Positions 1 through 9,185 of a DNA stretch of 64,000 nucleotides are shown piece by piece. Under the pieces are notes generated by a model. It was not told the DNA's origin. It was given only the letters and a program-made list of their open reading frames with translations, and made no database searches. Location of the stretch: the NCBI GenBank assembly GCA_963695875.1, contig CAVOID010000008.1:1-64000 (forward strand), written 5' to 3'. A program made the translations under genes and the position numbers. Within the stretch, counting starts at the first letter, position 1, and every line of letters begins with the position of its first letter. The DNA comes from an uncultured delta proteobacterium (lineage in GTDB: Bacteria; Desulfobacterota; Syntrophia; Syntrophales; UBA2185).

Positions 1-99
1 TCACCCATTAAAAGGCACCTTGTCAAGTAACAAAATTACACGTCTCGAAAATAATAATTTTCGTAAAAATAAAAGATACAGTATCGTTGTCATCAGCAT

Positions 100-403
100 C
101 TTTTCTGGTGCCGTAGTTTCTTTACTTGTGGTGTCAGTCTTCACTGCACCAGTCACCCATCAGGATTAAGGTCTTGCTGAAATAGAACATATCAGGACCC
201 ATTCCGCCATAGCGGACCAGAAAATCTTCGGTTCCAGGCCATGTCCAATTGTGGCTTCTAAGCTCAATTCTCATGGTTTTTAACCATCCTTCGTATGGCT
301 CACGGCATGGTCAGTAAAGATGTGAGAGCATCTGTCGGACGAAACGCTCTACCAATCAATAATATGGTTCTGCCAACGAAATCTCTGGATGAGCGTTCCG
401 TCC
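100..403 (-). ncRNA. Predicted bridge RNA / seekRNA of the IS110 element (boundaries approximate)
   Basis: 13-bp stem (337-349 / 391-403) encloses an internal loop whose ATCAATAAT (355-363, + strand) equals the element/flank junction at 1527-1535. A second loop has TCACCCAT (153-160), identical to the element end at 1-8. Confidence 0.75.
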
Positions 404-407
404 TGTT

Positions 408-1432
408 TCATGTGGCAAACAGTTTCTCCGGTATGAACGGTACCTGATCCTTCATGACATGATATGCTGCTCGGGCCAATTTATATGGGCCAGTGCATTA
501 TGTGCAATCATAAAATTTGTCTTCTGCATTTTACGGTTGTAATAAGCTCTTGACAGGGGATCATACCGCCTGGCAAGTTCCGCTGCTTCGGAAAATGCCC
601 ATGCCAGATACTTGTTACCATTTTTCTTATTTCCGCTGCCCTTTGCTTTTTCGTTGCTGGTCCAGCGGGACGAAACTCTTGCGACAATAGGAACAGTAAT
701 TGCCTACTTTTGAAACCGGTCAATGGATCCTGTTTCCAGCATGATAGTTAGACCAAGAACCTTTCCAATGCCGGGTAGCGTTAACAATTTTTGATAGGGA
801 TCCTTTAATCGAACCTTACACTCAACGGTGTATTCAATGGCCCGAATCTTCGATGTTAAAAAGTCGATGCTCTCTTTGGTGACCTTGCCGGACAGGGCTA
901 ACTCCTCATTTTCCTTTAGAAGAGGGGTCACACGGTCTTCCTTTAATCTTTTGATGTCATTACTGTCAATCTTGACGCCGCAGTTCCTCACGATAATGTT
1001 CTGCAGACTCAAGATCAGGGATGTCCTCAACTTGACCAGATGTCCCCTTTTGCGAAGCAGATCCCGAATAGCCCGCTCTTCCTTCGGATATATATGGCCT
1101 TCCGGTAAAATATCGAGTCTCAACATCTCCGCAAGCCAGAAAGCATCTTCTTTGTCATCCGAATGTTTCAGGCCCTTATACTTCTTAATGGCTGCCGTAT
1201 TCGCCAGATGAACCTTATAACCCGCATCCACCAAGGTGTCCACGATCCAATACCAGTTATAGGTGGATTCCACGACAATGCCGATTATGTGTTTCCGATG
1301 GGGACTGAGAAAATCGAGAATAATCCCAGAATCATTTGGTAATTTCTTCTTGGCAACCCTGTTCCCTTCGTGATCAATGATGGCCACATAAGTGTTGTTT
1401 GCATGTAAATCAAAAGCCGTGTACAATTCCAT
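408..1432 (-). CDS. IS110-family DEDD recombinase/transposase (three apparent frameshifts in the C-terminal part)
   Basis: MELYTAFDLH..., VVESTYNW, KHSDDKEDA, LTLPGIG motifs. C-terminus (GNYCSYCRK..SRWTSNEK..GNKYLAWAFSEAA..KLARAAYHVMK..LFAT*) recovered by frame changes near 708, 680 and 484. SD GAGGAGG upstream of ATG 1432. Confidence 0.92.
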
Positions 1433-1769
1433 ATAGCACCTCCTCAAGGTAAGATTGATCTCTTTCCCGGAGCATAACAGAATGTAACCATATCTGCTAT
1501 GCCCAGGAGGTGCCTTTTAGATGATTATCAATAATGCCTTGGCATGTGATGCAAAATCAAAAACATCAATAAACTTATTGCATCGTCTATCCTTATACCA
1601 GATTTAGCCCATCCCCTCTAAGGATAAAGGGCTTAATCTGATTTACTGCATATCTCCCACGAGAAGTACTGCGATGTAAGCTGCGTTTCAATTTATGTGA
1701 CTCGCTGCTTTATCTTTTTACAAAGCCTTCTATCTTCGATAATTTTGATGTTATATGAGTTCATCTTAC

Positions 1770-3100
1770 TGTTGTCAACAAATAGAATTGTCCTATTTTG
1801 TAGCAAATGAATTGTCCACTTTTGTGATACTATGGGAAGGGCGGTGGACTTACGCTGCCTTTCCTTTTTTTGTTTCTTTAAACTTCCCGCGTTGATCGTA
1901 AGCGGCCAATTTGCGAGGGCCATGAAAAACAGCGAGTGATCCATCCATATAGCGATGGACCCTTACCTTGACACGTACATAATGACAACGGTACTTGTCA
2001 GGGGGGATCTGCAAAGTCTTTCCCTCAAAGCTGACACAGTTATCCGAGGACACGGTACGCTCGTATTGTTCGCATAGGACGTCATCGATGTCTTTTCCTA
2101 TCCATGTGACGAAGGCTGATCCTTCCTCTGCGGCTGGCTGCATGAACTCGGCATTGAATGTCGGCAGATAAGTCTTAAGCAGATAACGGTTGGCGGCATC
2201 CATCATGGTGATTCCATAAGCGGCCAGTTCCTTGGTGAGCCGGTCCTGATGTGTGCGAAAAGCCCTTTCAATCCTCCCCCGTGCCTCCGGAGAATAGGCG
2301 GGGATCATCTCTATCCCCAAATGCCTCATGGCACGTCCAAATTGCGTCAGTTGGGTTTTACTTACCTTACCTCCCTCATCAGGCGTATACCAGTAATGAC
2401 TCCCGCGGTCGGTATAAAGAGAGCTGAATAAACCATGCTTAAGAATTATCTCCTTCACCCCTCGAAAACTGCTCTCCGTTCCTTCCTCGTGGACAAAAAA
2501 CATCGAATAATGCTCATTAGTTGCATCGTCCATGGTTACAATCAGGTCCCACTTCTTCCCTGGCACCCATTCATGAGTGCTTCCATCCTGATGTAACATC
2601 ATGCCTGGTATAGGAGATCGTTCCCGTCGTTTACGATGCGCTCCCCGCTTAGGCGCCTTGGGAACCAATCCTTGCGACTGGAGGGTGCTCTTTACCCACG
2701 TGTAACTCCTTTGACCACCATCGTGTTTATACCACCCATAAAAATGCTTTACGTTCCAACCCAGGTGCCGCCTCTTGTATCTGTCAACAAGCGCTATAAC
2801 TTCATCCACGGAAGCACGACGGGAAGATATCTGCGTCAGACGCTTATCCAACAGTCCTTCCAATCCATTCTCCTCGTAACGATTAATGTAGCGCCGAAAC
2901 GTCCTGGAACATACTCCCAATAGCCTGGCTGCTTCTTCCTGGGTCAATCGACTCTCTGTCCATCCCTCATATGACTCCTCAAATCGCATCTTCCGGATCT
3001 CCTGCATCAACTCTGTCCGTCTCATCTGTCACCTCCAGGATGACTCTTAAACCGGACAGATTATGTGCTACAACTCCGGACAGTTTATTTGCTTCTAACA
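1770..3100 (-). mobile_element. IS1202-family (ISNCY/IS481-related) insertion sequence, 1331 bp, with 16-bp target-site duplication
   Basis: TGT...ACA termini. Imperfect IRs, each with two repeated ..CAAAT/CACAT...TGTCC motifs. Direct repeat TATGAGTTCATCTTAC at 1754-1769 and 3101-3116. Confidence 0.88.
1850..3025 (-). CDS. ISNCY/IS1202-family DDE transposase
   Basis: N-terminal HTH (TQEEAARLLGVCSRTFRRY). rve-type core with MLHQDGS, LYTDRGS and SPEARGRIER motifs. ORF intact. Confidence 0.92.
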   Translation of the reverse strand: MRRTELMQEIRKMRFEESYEGWTESRLTQEEAARLLGVCSRTFRRYINRYEENGLEGLLDKRLTQISSRRASVDEVIALVDRYKRRHLGWNVKHFYGWYKHDGGQRSYTWVKSTLQSQGLVPKAPKRGAHRKRRERSPIPGMMLHQDGSTHEWVPGKKWDLIVTMDDATNEHYSMFFVHEEGTESSFRGVKEIILKHGLFSSLYTDRGSHYWYTPDEGGKVSKTQLTQFGRAMRHLGIEMIPAYSPEARGRIERAFRTHQDRLTKELAAYGITMMDAANRYLLKTYLPTFNAEFMQPAAEEGSAFVTWIGKDIDDVLCEQYERTVSSDNCVSFEGKTLQIPPDKYRCHYVRVKVRVHRYMDGSLAVFHGPRKLAAYDQRGKFKETKKGKAA

Positions 3101-3116
3101 TATGAGTTCATCTTAC

Positions 3117-3145
3117 TTGACAGTAGTGCAAAAATACCTTACATT
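3117..3145 (+). promoter_or_regulatory. sigma70-type promoter for the GerMN-fusA genes
   Basis: TTGACA (3117-3122), 17-nt spacer, TACATT (3140-3145), immediately after the IS target duplication. Confidence 0.55.
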
Positions 3146-3181
3146 ATCGCCGCTTTTAACAGCCAAGGAGAATAACTTGCA

Positions 3182-3799
3182 ATGGTTACAAAGAGAAAGA
3201 GAAGAACGGACGAGATAAAAGGAAAGAAGAAAAAGAAACGGATGAAAAAATCTCTTCTTTTCTTGATTATGACGACTATTATTGCATGTCTCATTCTTTT
3301 CTTTGTAATCCTTTTCGAATATGTGTTTCCACCTACTAAAAATAATGTTGCGAAGAAGGAAAAACAGGAGGTCATCCTCTATTTTTCCGATGCAAATGAA
3401 CGATTTTTAGTTCCGGAAAAGAGATACATCCCTAAGGAGGAAAGTACCGAGGACAAGGCTAAGGAAATTGTTAGGGCCTTGCTGGACGGTTCTAAGACGA
3501 AGTTGATAAATACTTTTCCGGAAAAGGTAACTCTGGAAAGTATCAAAATAGATAATAAGCAAACGGCATATGTCAGTTTTGACAAAAATCTTATCAAGTT
3601 CCATCCTGGCGGCAGTGCCAGTGAAATGGCAACAATATATTCACTGACCAACACTCTGACGCGAAATATCAGCAGCATAAAAAGAGTAAAGTTACTGATA
3701 GATGGAAAAGAAATTGAATCTATTAAGGGGCACATTGATACAATTCAGCCATTCGGTATGAACAAAGACTTATTGGCGCCTGGCTCAAAAGAAGGATAA
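3182..3799 (+). CDS. GerMN domain membrane-anchored protein
   Basis: N-terminal TM segment. [33 protein letters not shown] motifs typical of GerMN. Confidence 0.8.
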   Translation: MVTKRKRRTDEIKGKKKKKRMKKSLLFLIMTTIIACLILFFVILFEYVFPPTKNNVAKKEKQEVILYFSDANERFLVPEKRYIPKEESTEDKAKEIVRALLDGSKTKLINTFPEKVTLESIKIDNKQTAYVSFDKNLIKFHPGGSASEMATIYSLTNTLTRNISSIKRVKLLIDGKEIESIKGHIDTIQPFGMNKDLLAPGSKEG

Positions 3800-3836
3800 C
3801 ATCGAGAAAAGGAAGATTCATATCTGGAATTGGCCT

Positions 3837-5870
3837 ATGGCTTCAAAAACGAAACTTTCGAGAACAAGAAATATCGGTATCGTGGCCCACATAGATGCGG
3901 GTAAGACTACTGTGTCGGAGAGAATCCTTTTTTATACTGGAAGATTATACAAGATGGGTGAGGTTCATGATGGAGAGGCTGCTATGGACTGGATGCCCCA
4001 GGAACAGGAAAGAGGGATAACGATTACTTCAGCTGTTACAACCTGCTCCTGGGAAAATCATGAAATTCGTATCATTGATACACCCGGTCACGTAGATTTT
4101 ACCATGGAGGTTGAGCGGTGCCTGAGAGTTCTTGATGGGGCATTAGTCGTGTTTTGCGCTGTTGGTGGCGTTGAGCCACAATCTGAAACTGTCTGGCACC
4201 AGGCAGATAAATATGGTGTCCCCAAGATCGCTTTCATTAATAAGATGGACAGAGTTGGCGCCGACTATTTTGGTACCATAACTATGATGGGCGAAAGATT
4301 TAATTCAATACCACTACCCATACAGATACCTTTTGGTCAGGAAGAGCATTTTAAGGGTGTTATAGACCTGATCAAACAGAAGCTCGTTACTTGGGATAAC
4401 TCCACACTCGGGTTGTCTTTCACATTATCGGATATTCCGTCCGAAATATTTCCGCAGGCTAAAGCGTATCGGGAGAAGCTGATCGAATCGCTTGCTGAAA
4501 TGGATGATAATCTTGCGGAGAAATATTTGGAAGGGACCGAAATCCCCAATAAGGAAATCATACAGGCCATCAGGCAAGCTACAATTTCCCTAAAAGCGGT
4601 ACCTGTTATGTGCGGCACTGCCCTGAGAAATAAAGGTATTCAACCTGTACTTGATGCTGTTGTTCATTTTCTCCCGTCGCCGGAAGATATCCCGCCAGTT
4701 AAGGGTATCAACCCCGTGACTAAGCATGAGGAGGTACGGCACAGCAATTACAAAGAGCCTCTTGCAGCCCTCGCATTCAAAATCGCTCAGGATGAGGGAA
4801 GAAAGTTAAGTTATCTGAGGGTTTATTCGGGGCAGATGAAGGTGGGAGGTGATGTATATAATGCCAGTCTTGGAAAAAGAGAAAAGATTGCAAGACTCTT
4901 GAAAATGCATGCTAATAAGAGGGAAAGGATTGACCATTGTGGAGCGGGAGATATTGTTGCTGTTGTAGGTCTTAAAGAGACAACTACAGGAAATACTATT
5001 TGCGATGAATCTTATCCGATTCTTCTTGAGCCAATAGAGTTTTATGAACCCGTTATCAGCCAGGCTATTGAGGCCAAAACACCGGCAGATCAAGAGAAAC
5101 TAACTGTAGCACTGGCTAAGCTAATGGAGGAGGATCCCACGATCAAGGTTAACTACAATGATGAGACAGCTCAGACGGTAGTTTCAGGTATGGGGGAGCT
5201 TCATCTTGAAATCCTCACTGATAGGTTACAAAGGGAATTTAATGCCCACGTGAATGTTGGTAAACCAAGGGTTGTCTATCGTGAAACAATTCAAAAGAGA
5301 CTGGAGATTGAAGGTCTTTTTGAGAAGGAGTTAGGAGAAAAAAAACACTATGGACATGTTCGCTTATTACTTGAACCTAAAAGTAGAGGGGAGGGTAATG
5401 AGATTGTCAGACAGACAGATGAGAATGTTATACCTGAAGAATTCTATACTGCTATTGAAGAAGGTATTCAGGAAGCAACCCTCAGTGGGGTAGTAAGTGG
5501 TTATCCAATCGTGGATGTCAGGATTATTATAACAGGATGGTCTTTTAGAGAAGGGGAGTCTACAACGCTCGGTTATAAAATAGCAGCGTCATCTGCCGTA
5601 AAAGGCGGATGTCAGCAGGCTGATCCTGTACTACTTGAGCCGATCATGATGGTTGATGTCATTTCGCCCGGAGATTTTATGGGTGAAGTTATTGGAGATA
5701 TAAATGCGAGACGCGGGGAAATTCAAGCCATCACCACAAAAGGAATGATAAGTGAAATAAAGGCTAAAGTGCCTCTGAAAGAAATGTTTGGATATTCAAC
5801 CGACCTGCGTTCAGCAACTCAGGGTAGGGCCACATTTTCTATGCAATTCCACGCATACGATAAAAGTTGA
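3837..5870 (+). CDS. fusA: Elongation factor G paralogue (outside the str operon)
   Basis: [44 protein letters not shown] motifs. Confidence 0.93.
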   Translation: MASKTKLSRTRNIGIVAHIDAGKTTVSERILFYTGRLYKMGEVHDGEAAMDWMPQEQERGITITSAVTTCSWENHEIRIIDTPGHVDFTMEVERCLRVLDGALVVFCAVGGVEPQSETVWHQADKYGVPKIAFINKMDRVGADYFGTITMMGERFNSIPLPIQIPFGQEEHFKGVIDLIKQKLVTWDNSTLGLSFTLSDIPSEIFPQAKAYREKLIESLAEMDDNLAEKYLEGTEIPNKEIIQAIRQATISLKAVPVMCGTALRNKGIQPVLDAVVHFLPSPEDIPPVKGINPVTKHEEVRHSNYKEPLAALAFKIAQDEGRKLSYLRVYSGQMKVGGDVYNASLGKREKIARLLKMHANKRERIDHCGAGDIVAVVGLKETTTGNTICDESYPILLEPIEFYEPVISQAIEAKTPADQEKLTVALAKLMEEDPTIKVNYNDETAQTVVSGMGELHLEILTDRLQREFNAHVNVGKPRVVYRETIQKRLEIEGLFEKELGEKKHYGHVRLLLEPKSRGEGNEIVRQTDENVIPEEFYTAIEEGIQEATLSGVVSGYPIVDVRIIITGWSFREGESTTLGYKIAASSAVKGGCQQADPVLLEPIMMVDVISPGDFMGEVIGDINARRGEIQAITTKGMISEIKAKVPLKEMFGYSTDLRSATQGRATFSMQFHAYDKS

Positions 5871-6085
5871 TGAACTTGAGAAAAGTGGTAAACTGGATAG
5901 TAATGGAAAGCTATATAAGCCGCATCTATAAGAAGACAGCGAACTGCATCAACTTGGGGGAACTAAAAAGAACAGCTATCGTAGAGGCAATAACGGCATA
6001 TGCTATGTATGAAATTTAAGATGAAGATTAGATTAACCTTGAGCTAAGCTGCATGAGGCTTTATATTTAGAAGTGGACCGATTCG

Positions 6086-8224
6086 ATGGCAAAAATAGAT
6101 AATGAAAATGATTTCCATTTCAGGGCATTAGTTGCTCCCTTGCTCGATAAGGACAAACTGCTTAAAAGTGTATTCCGCATAAGCACTTTTCTCACCGCAC
6201 CATCAAATGTAGATGAAATTTTGGCTAAAATTTTAGATGAGGTTGTCGATACAATAGGCTTCGACATGGGGATCATTCGACTTTTTGATGAAACGAAGCA
6301 ATATTTGGAGACCAAGGTTGTAAAGAATTACAATCCTGAAGAGACGAAGAAGGCCTTTGCTGTTGCCCTGAATATTGACGAACATGATTGTCTGTCCACA
6401 AAGGTGGCTAAGTCAGGTCAACTCATAGCTATTGAAGATGCGGCAACTGATCCTAGAATTACCGGGATCGACCGGATGTTGACAAAAATCCTTAATAAAG
6501 GCTCTATTATTTGTGCACCCCTGAAAATTAGTGATGAGGTGATAGGCACTATTGCCGCCTGGTGCAAAGAGGAGACAAACTTTTTCCTAGAGGAAATCAA
6601 CCTTTTCTTAACATATGCAAGCCAGGTAAGTATTGTTATCCATAACACAAGGCTGTTTGAGACAAACGCGGAAAAAATTCGTCAGTTGATGATTCTTCAA
6701 GGAGCTGTGTCTGAGATAAACATAAGTCGTGTACTTGATAATCATATACTCGACATTCTTAATAAAAGTGCGCTTAAAATTGCTAACGCAGATAAGGTTC
6801 TCATTTATTTCCTGGATATTGAAAAGGATAGATGCCTCATCACTGATGGTGGGAAGGTTTTTATCGAGGACAGAAAGGCTTATGATGAAAAGATAGGGAA
6901 AAGCATTATTAGTCAGGCAATGGATACTGATACTATAGTGGTTAGGCGTGAAACAGACGAGATATCGTCCACAAAATATCCCGTTTATGATGGTTACCCT
7001 TCAGAAATAGCCTTTCCCCTTTATATAAAAGACAAGTTTAAAGGAGCATTATATCTTGCTAAACGATCAGGCAGCTATTCACAGGATCAAATTAACATCC
7101 TGGATATCCTGGTTAAGAATGCCGTTACTTCATATGACAACGCTATCATGCACTCTATGCTTTCCCTCGAAGCACAATCCCTAAAGACTGAAGTTGAAAA
7201 ACTAAAGGAGAGGGAAGATATCCTCCTGGGTTTTCATAACATTATCGGCAAATCAAAGAAGATGACCGGTATTTTCCACGTGATCGAGGAAGTAGCCTCA
7301 CATAATACAAATATATTAATTCAAGGTGAAAGTGGCACCGGTAAAGAATTGATTGCTCGCGCAATTCACAGACAGAGCAATAGACATTCAAAACCATTCG
7401 TTGATGTTAATTGTGCTGCAATTCCAGGGACGCTTTTAGAAAGTGAACTTTTTGGATATGAGGCAGGAGCTTTTACTGATGCAAGAAGAAGGAAAATCGG
7501 ACTCCTTGAATATGCTAATGGTGGCACTTTATTGCTGGATGAAGTGGGGGATATGAGTATACAGTTACAGGTAAAATTCCTGAGAATGCTGGAAAATGGT
7601 TATATAAGGAGGCTTGGCGGAACAGAAAATATACCTATTGATGTTAGATTCATTTTTTCAACTAACATGGATCTTACCAAAATGGTAAGTGAAGGTTTAT
7701 TTCGCGAGGATCTTTTTTACAGGATAAGAGTTGTACCTATTATTATCCCGCCGCTTCGGGAAAGACCGGACGATATTCTTCTACTAGCACGGTACTACAT
7801 AGAAGAGTTCAATAAAAAATTCGGTAAAAAAGTCAGGGGATTCAGTAAAGAAGCAGAGCACATTTTAAAAGCCTATACGTGGCCTGGCAATGTACGGGAA
7901 TTGAAGAATATTATTGAACGAGTTATGATCTTGCAGAAATCCGGTACCACCCTTACATCTGATGATCTACCTGCCGAAATCAAGGTCGCTCCTGATCAGA
8001 GATATTTTAAGGTTGAAATTGAAAAATTTCTTCCCCTGCTGTCTGCTGGTGAAATAAATTATACATCAGTAACAGAGAAAATCATGAAAGATATCAAAGA
8101 GAAGATCATTGAAAATGCGCTGGAAATAAGTGGTGGCAACAAGACTATTGCTGCGAAACAATTATGCATTTCGCGATATAAATTTATCCGGGAGCAAAAG
8201 AAAATAGGTAAGCATATTAACTAA
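6086..8224 (+). CDS. sigma54-dependent enhancer-binding protein with two GAF domains
   Basis: GESGTGKE, ESELFGYEAGAFTDA, LLLDE and WPGNVREL motifs, Fis-type HTH, two N-terminal GAF-like domains. Confidence 0.92.
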   Translation: MAKIDNENDFHFRALVAPLLDKDKLLKSVFRISTFLTAPSNVDEILAKILDEVVDTIGFDMGIIRLFDETKQYLETKVVKNYNPEETKKAFAVALNIDEHDCLSTKVAKSGQLIAIEDAATDPRITGIDRMLTKILNKGSIICAPLKISDEVIGTIAAWCKEETNFFLEEINLFLTYASQVSIVIHNTRLFETNAEKIRQLMILQGAVSEINISRVLDNHILDILNKSALKIANADKVLIYFLDIEKDRCLITDGGKVFIEDRKAYDEKIGKSIISQAMDTDTIVVRRETDEISSTKYPVYDGYPSEIAFPLYIKDKFKGALYLAKRSGSYSQDQINILDILVKNAVTSYDNAIMHSMLSLEAQSLKTEVEKLKEREDILLGFHNIIGKSKKMTGIFHVIEEVASHNTNILIQGESGTGKELIARAIHRQSNRHSKPFVDVNCAAIPGTLLESELFGYEAGAFTDARRRKIGLLEYANGGTLLLDEVGDMSIQLQVKFLRMLENGYIRRLGGTENIPIDVRFIFSTNMDLTKMVSEGLFREDLFYRIRVVPIIIPPLRERPDDILLLARYYIEEFNKKFGKKVRGFSKEAEHILKAYTWPGNVRELKNIIERVMILQKSGTTLTSDDLPAEIKVAPDQRYFKVEIEKFLPLLSAGEINYTSVTEKIMKDIKEKIIENALEISGGNKTIAAKQLCISRYKFIREQKKIGKHIN

Positions 8225-8239
8225 TTATTATCAGAAGTA

Positions 8240-8345
8240 TGTGCTAATACTGCACATTAAGTGCGATTATCGCACATAATCTAAAGCCCTGCCTACTATA
8301 GGATTATTTTATTAAAGGAGAAATATATTGTGCGACTATCGCACA
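8240..8345. promoter_or_regulatory. Three palindromic upstream activator sites, consensus TGTGC-N7-GCACA
   Basis: TGTGCtaatactGCACA (8240-8256), AGTGCgattatcGCACA (8260-8276), TGTGCgactatcGCACA (8329-8345). Confidence 0.75.
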
Positions 8346-8421
8346 AATTAGTTTTAAAAAGACATTTGAATTCTTCCGGATCGTATTATCACACCTATGC
8401 AAAAATCATGAGTGCAGTTTG

Positions 8422-8434
8422 TAACTTATTGATT
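8422..8434 (-). promoter_or_regulatory. IHF-binding site
   Basis: AATCAA-TAAG-TTA on the minus strand matches WATCAA-N4-TTR and lies between the UAS and the sigma54 promoter. Confidence 0.6.
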
Positions 8435-8494
8435 TATCTCTCATCATTTTGATCATCCTTATTATTTATTTGCAAATGGGGCAAGAACATAAAC

Positions 8495-8511
8495 TTGGCA
8501 AAGGAATTGCA
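8495..8511 (+). promoter_or_regulatory. sigma54 -24/-12 promoter
   Basis: TTGGCAaaggaaTTGCA, with GG (8497-8) and GC (8509-10) exactly 10 nt apart. Confidence 0.82.
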
Positions 8512-8646
8512 CTGTTTAAAGACAACTTAATAAAGAGACCTCTCGAGAACGTAAGAGACCTTTAGGAATAATAGCCGATAGAGCAATCATGAAAGGTAGA
8601 TCTCAGAGGTCTCATTAATTTATAATCAATTAAATATATTATATAG

Positions 8647-8880
8647 ATGAAAAAGGAGGAAAAAGAACAGAAAGAGAAAGATAAAAATCAGGAAGACAGG
8701 TTTTCGAGTGTGGATTCTGGTGAATACGGTTTTGAATATGATTTTTTTATTACTGACAATATTGAGTTTATAGAAAAATCGTCAACAAAGTTTCAACCAA
8801 TAGCACGGGAAAAGACAGAATATGCTACAGACCAAAGTAAAACATTTTTTCTTCCTGATTTTTTTTCCCACGAAGATTAG
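8647..8880 (+). CDS. Small hypothetical protein (77 aa), uncertain
   Basis: Only sizeable ORF inside the sigma54 transcript. Highly charged sequence, no clear SD. Confidence 0.35.
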   Translation: MKKEEKEQKEKDKNQEDRFSSVDSGEYGFEYDFFITDNIEFIEKSSTKFQPIAREKTEYATDQSKTFFLPDFFSHED

Positions 8881-9016
8881 TTCTGCTGATGTTGGAAACA
8901 CTTTCTAATTTTAAATCGGTGGATGGTTTCCTTTCCCTCCTTTGCCATCCACCACCCTCTACGCTGCTGATAACCTGAGAGGGGATGGTATTTCTTATTC
9001 CTTCCGGTTTATATAT

Positions 9017-9064
9017 AGGTGGATGGTGTCCTTTTTCCCTCCTTTTAACCATCCACCTTTTTTT
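9017..9064 (+). terminator. Intrinsic terminator-like hairpin with large CU-rich loop
   Basis: AGGTGGATGGT / ACCATCCACCT stem followed by a T run. Confidence 0.55.
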
Positions 9065-9185
9065 ATCTCGAAGGAATCATTTACCAAAATTTTCATATTA
9101 TGCAGATGTTTAAATATGAATTCGAAGCGGAATCTATGATGAGTTTGAGAGAAATCTCTCAACGATCTGCTTCGGTATCGTCCCG

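Larger units (their letters stand above)
1..1530 (-). mobile_element. IS110-family insertion sequence, IS1111-like (subterminal IRs, 3' non-coding region)
   Basis: Perfect 12-bp subterminal inverted repeat TAAAAGGCACCT (9-20) / AGGTGCCTTTTA (1508-1519). TCA at both ends (1-3, 1528-1530). DEDD transposase inside. About 400 nt non-coding downstream of the transposase. Confidence 0.9.
8522..9064 (+). ncRNA. Candidate sigma54-dependent structured/regulatory RNA
   Basis: Starts at the predicted sigma54 TSS. Long 5' hairpin 8535-8613. Two repeated hairpins with CU-rich loops (8918-8953, 9017-9058). Ends in a T7 tract. Confidence 0.45.

Noticed and set aside
8880..9064. Repeated hairpins as a CRISPR array
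   Set aside because: Only two full copies, the conserved part includes the loop, spacing is 100 nt, and no cas genes are in the window.
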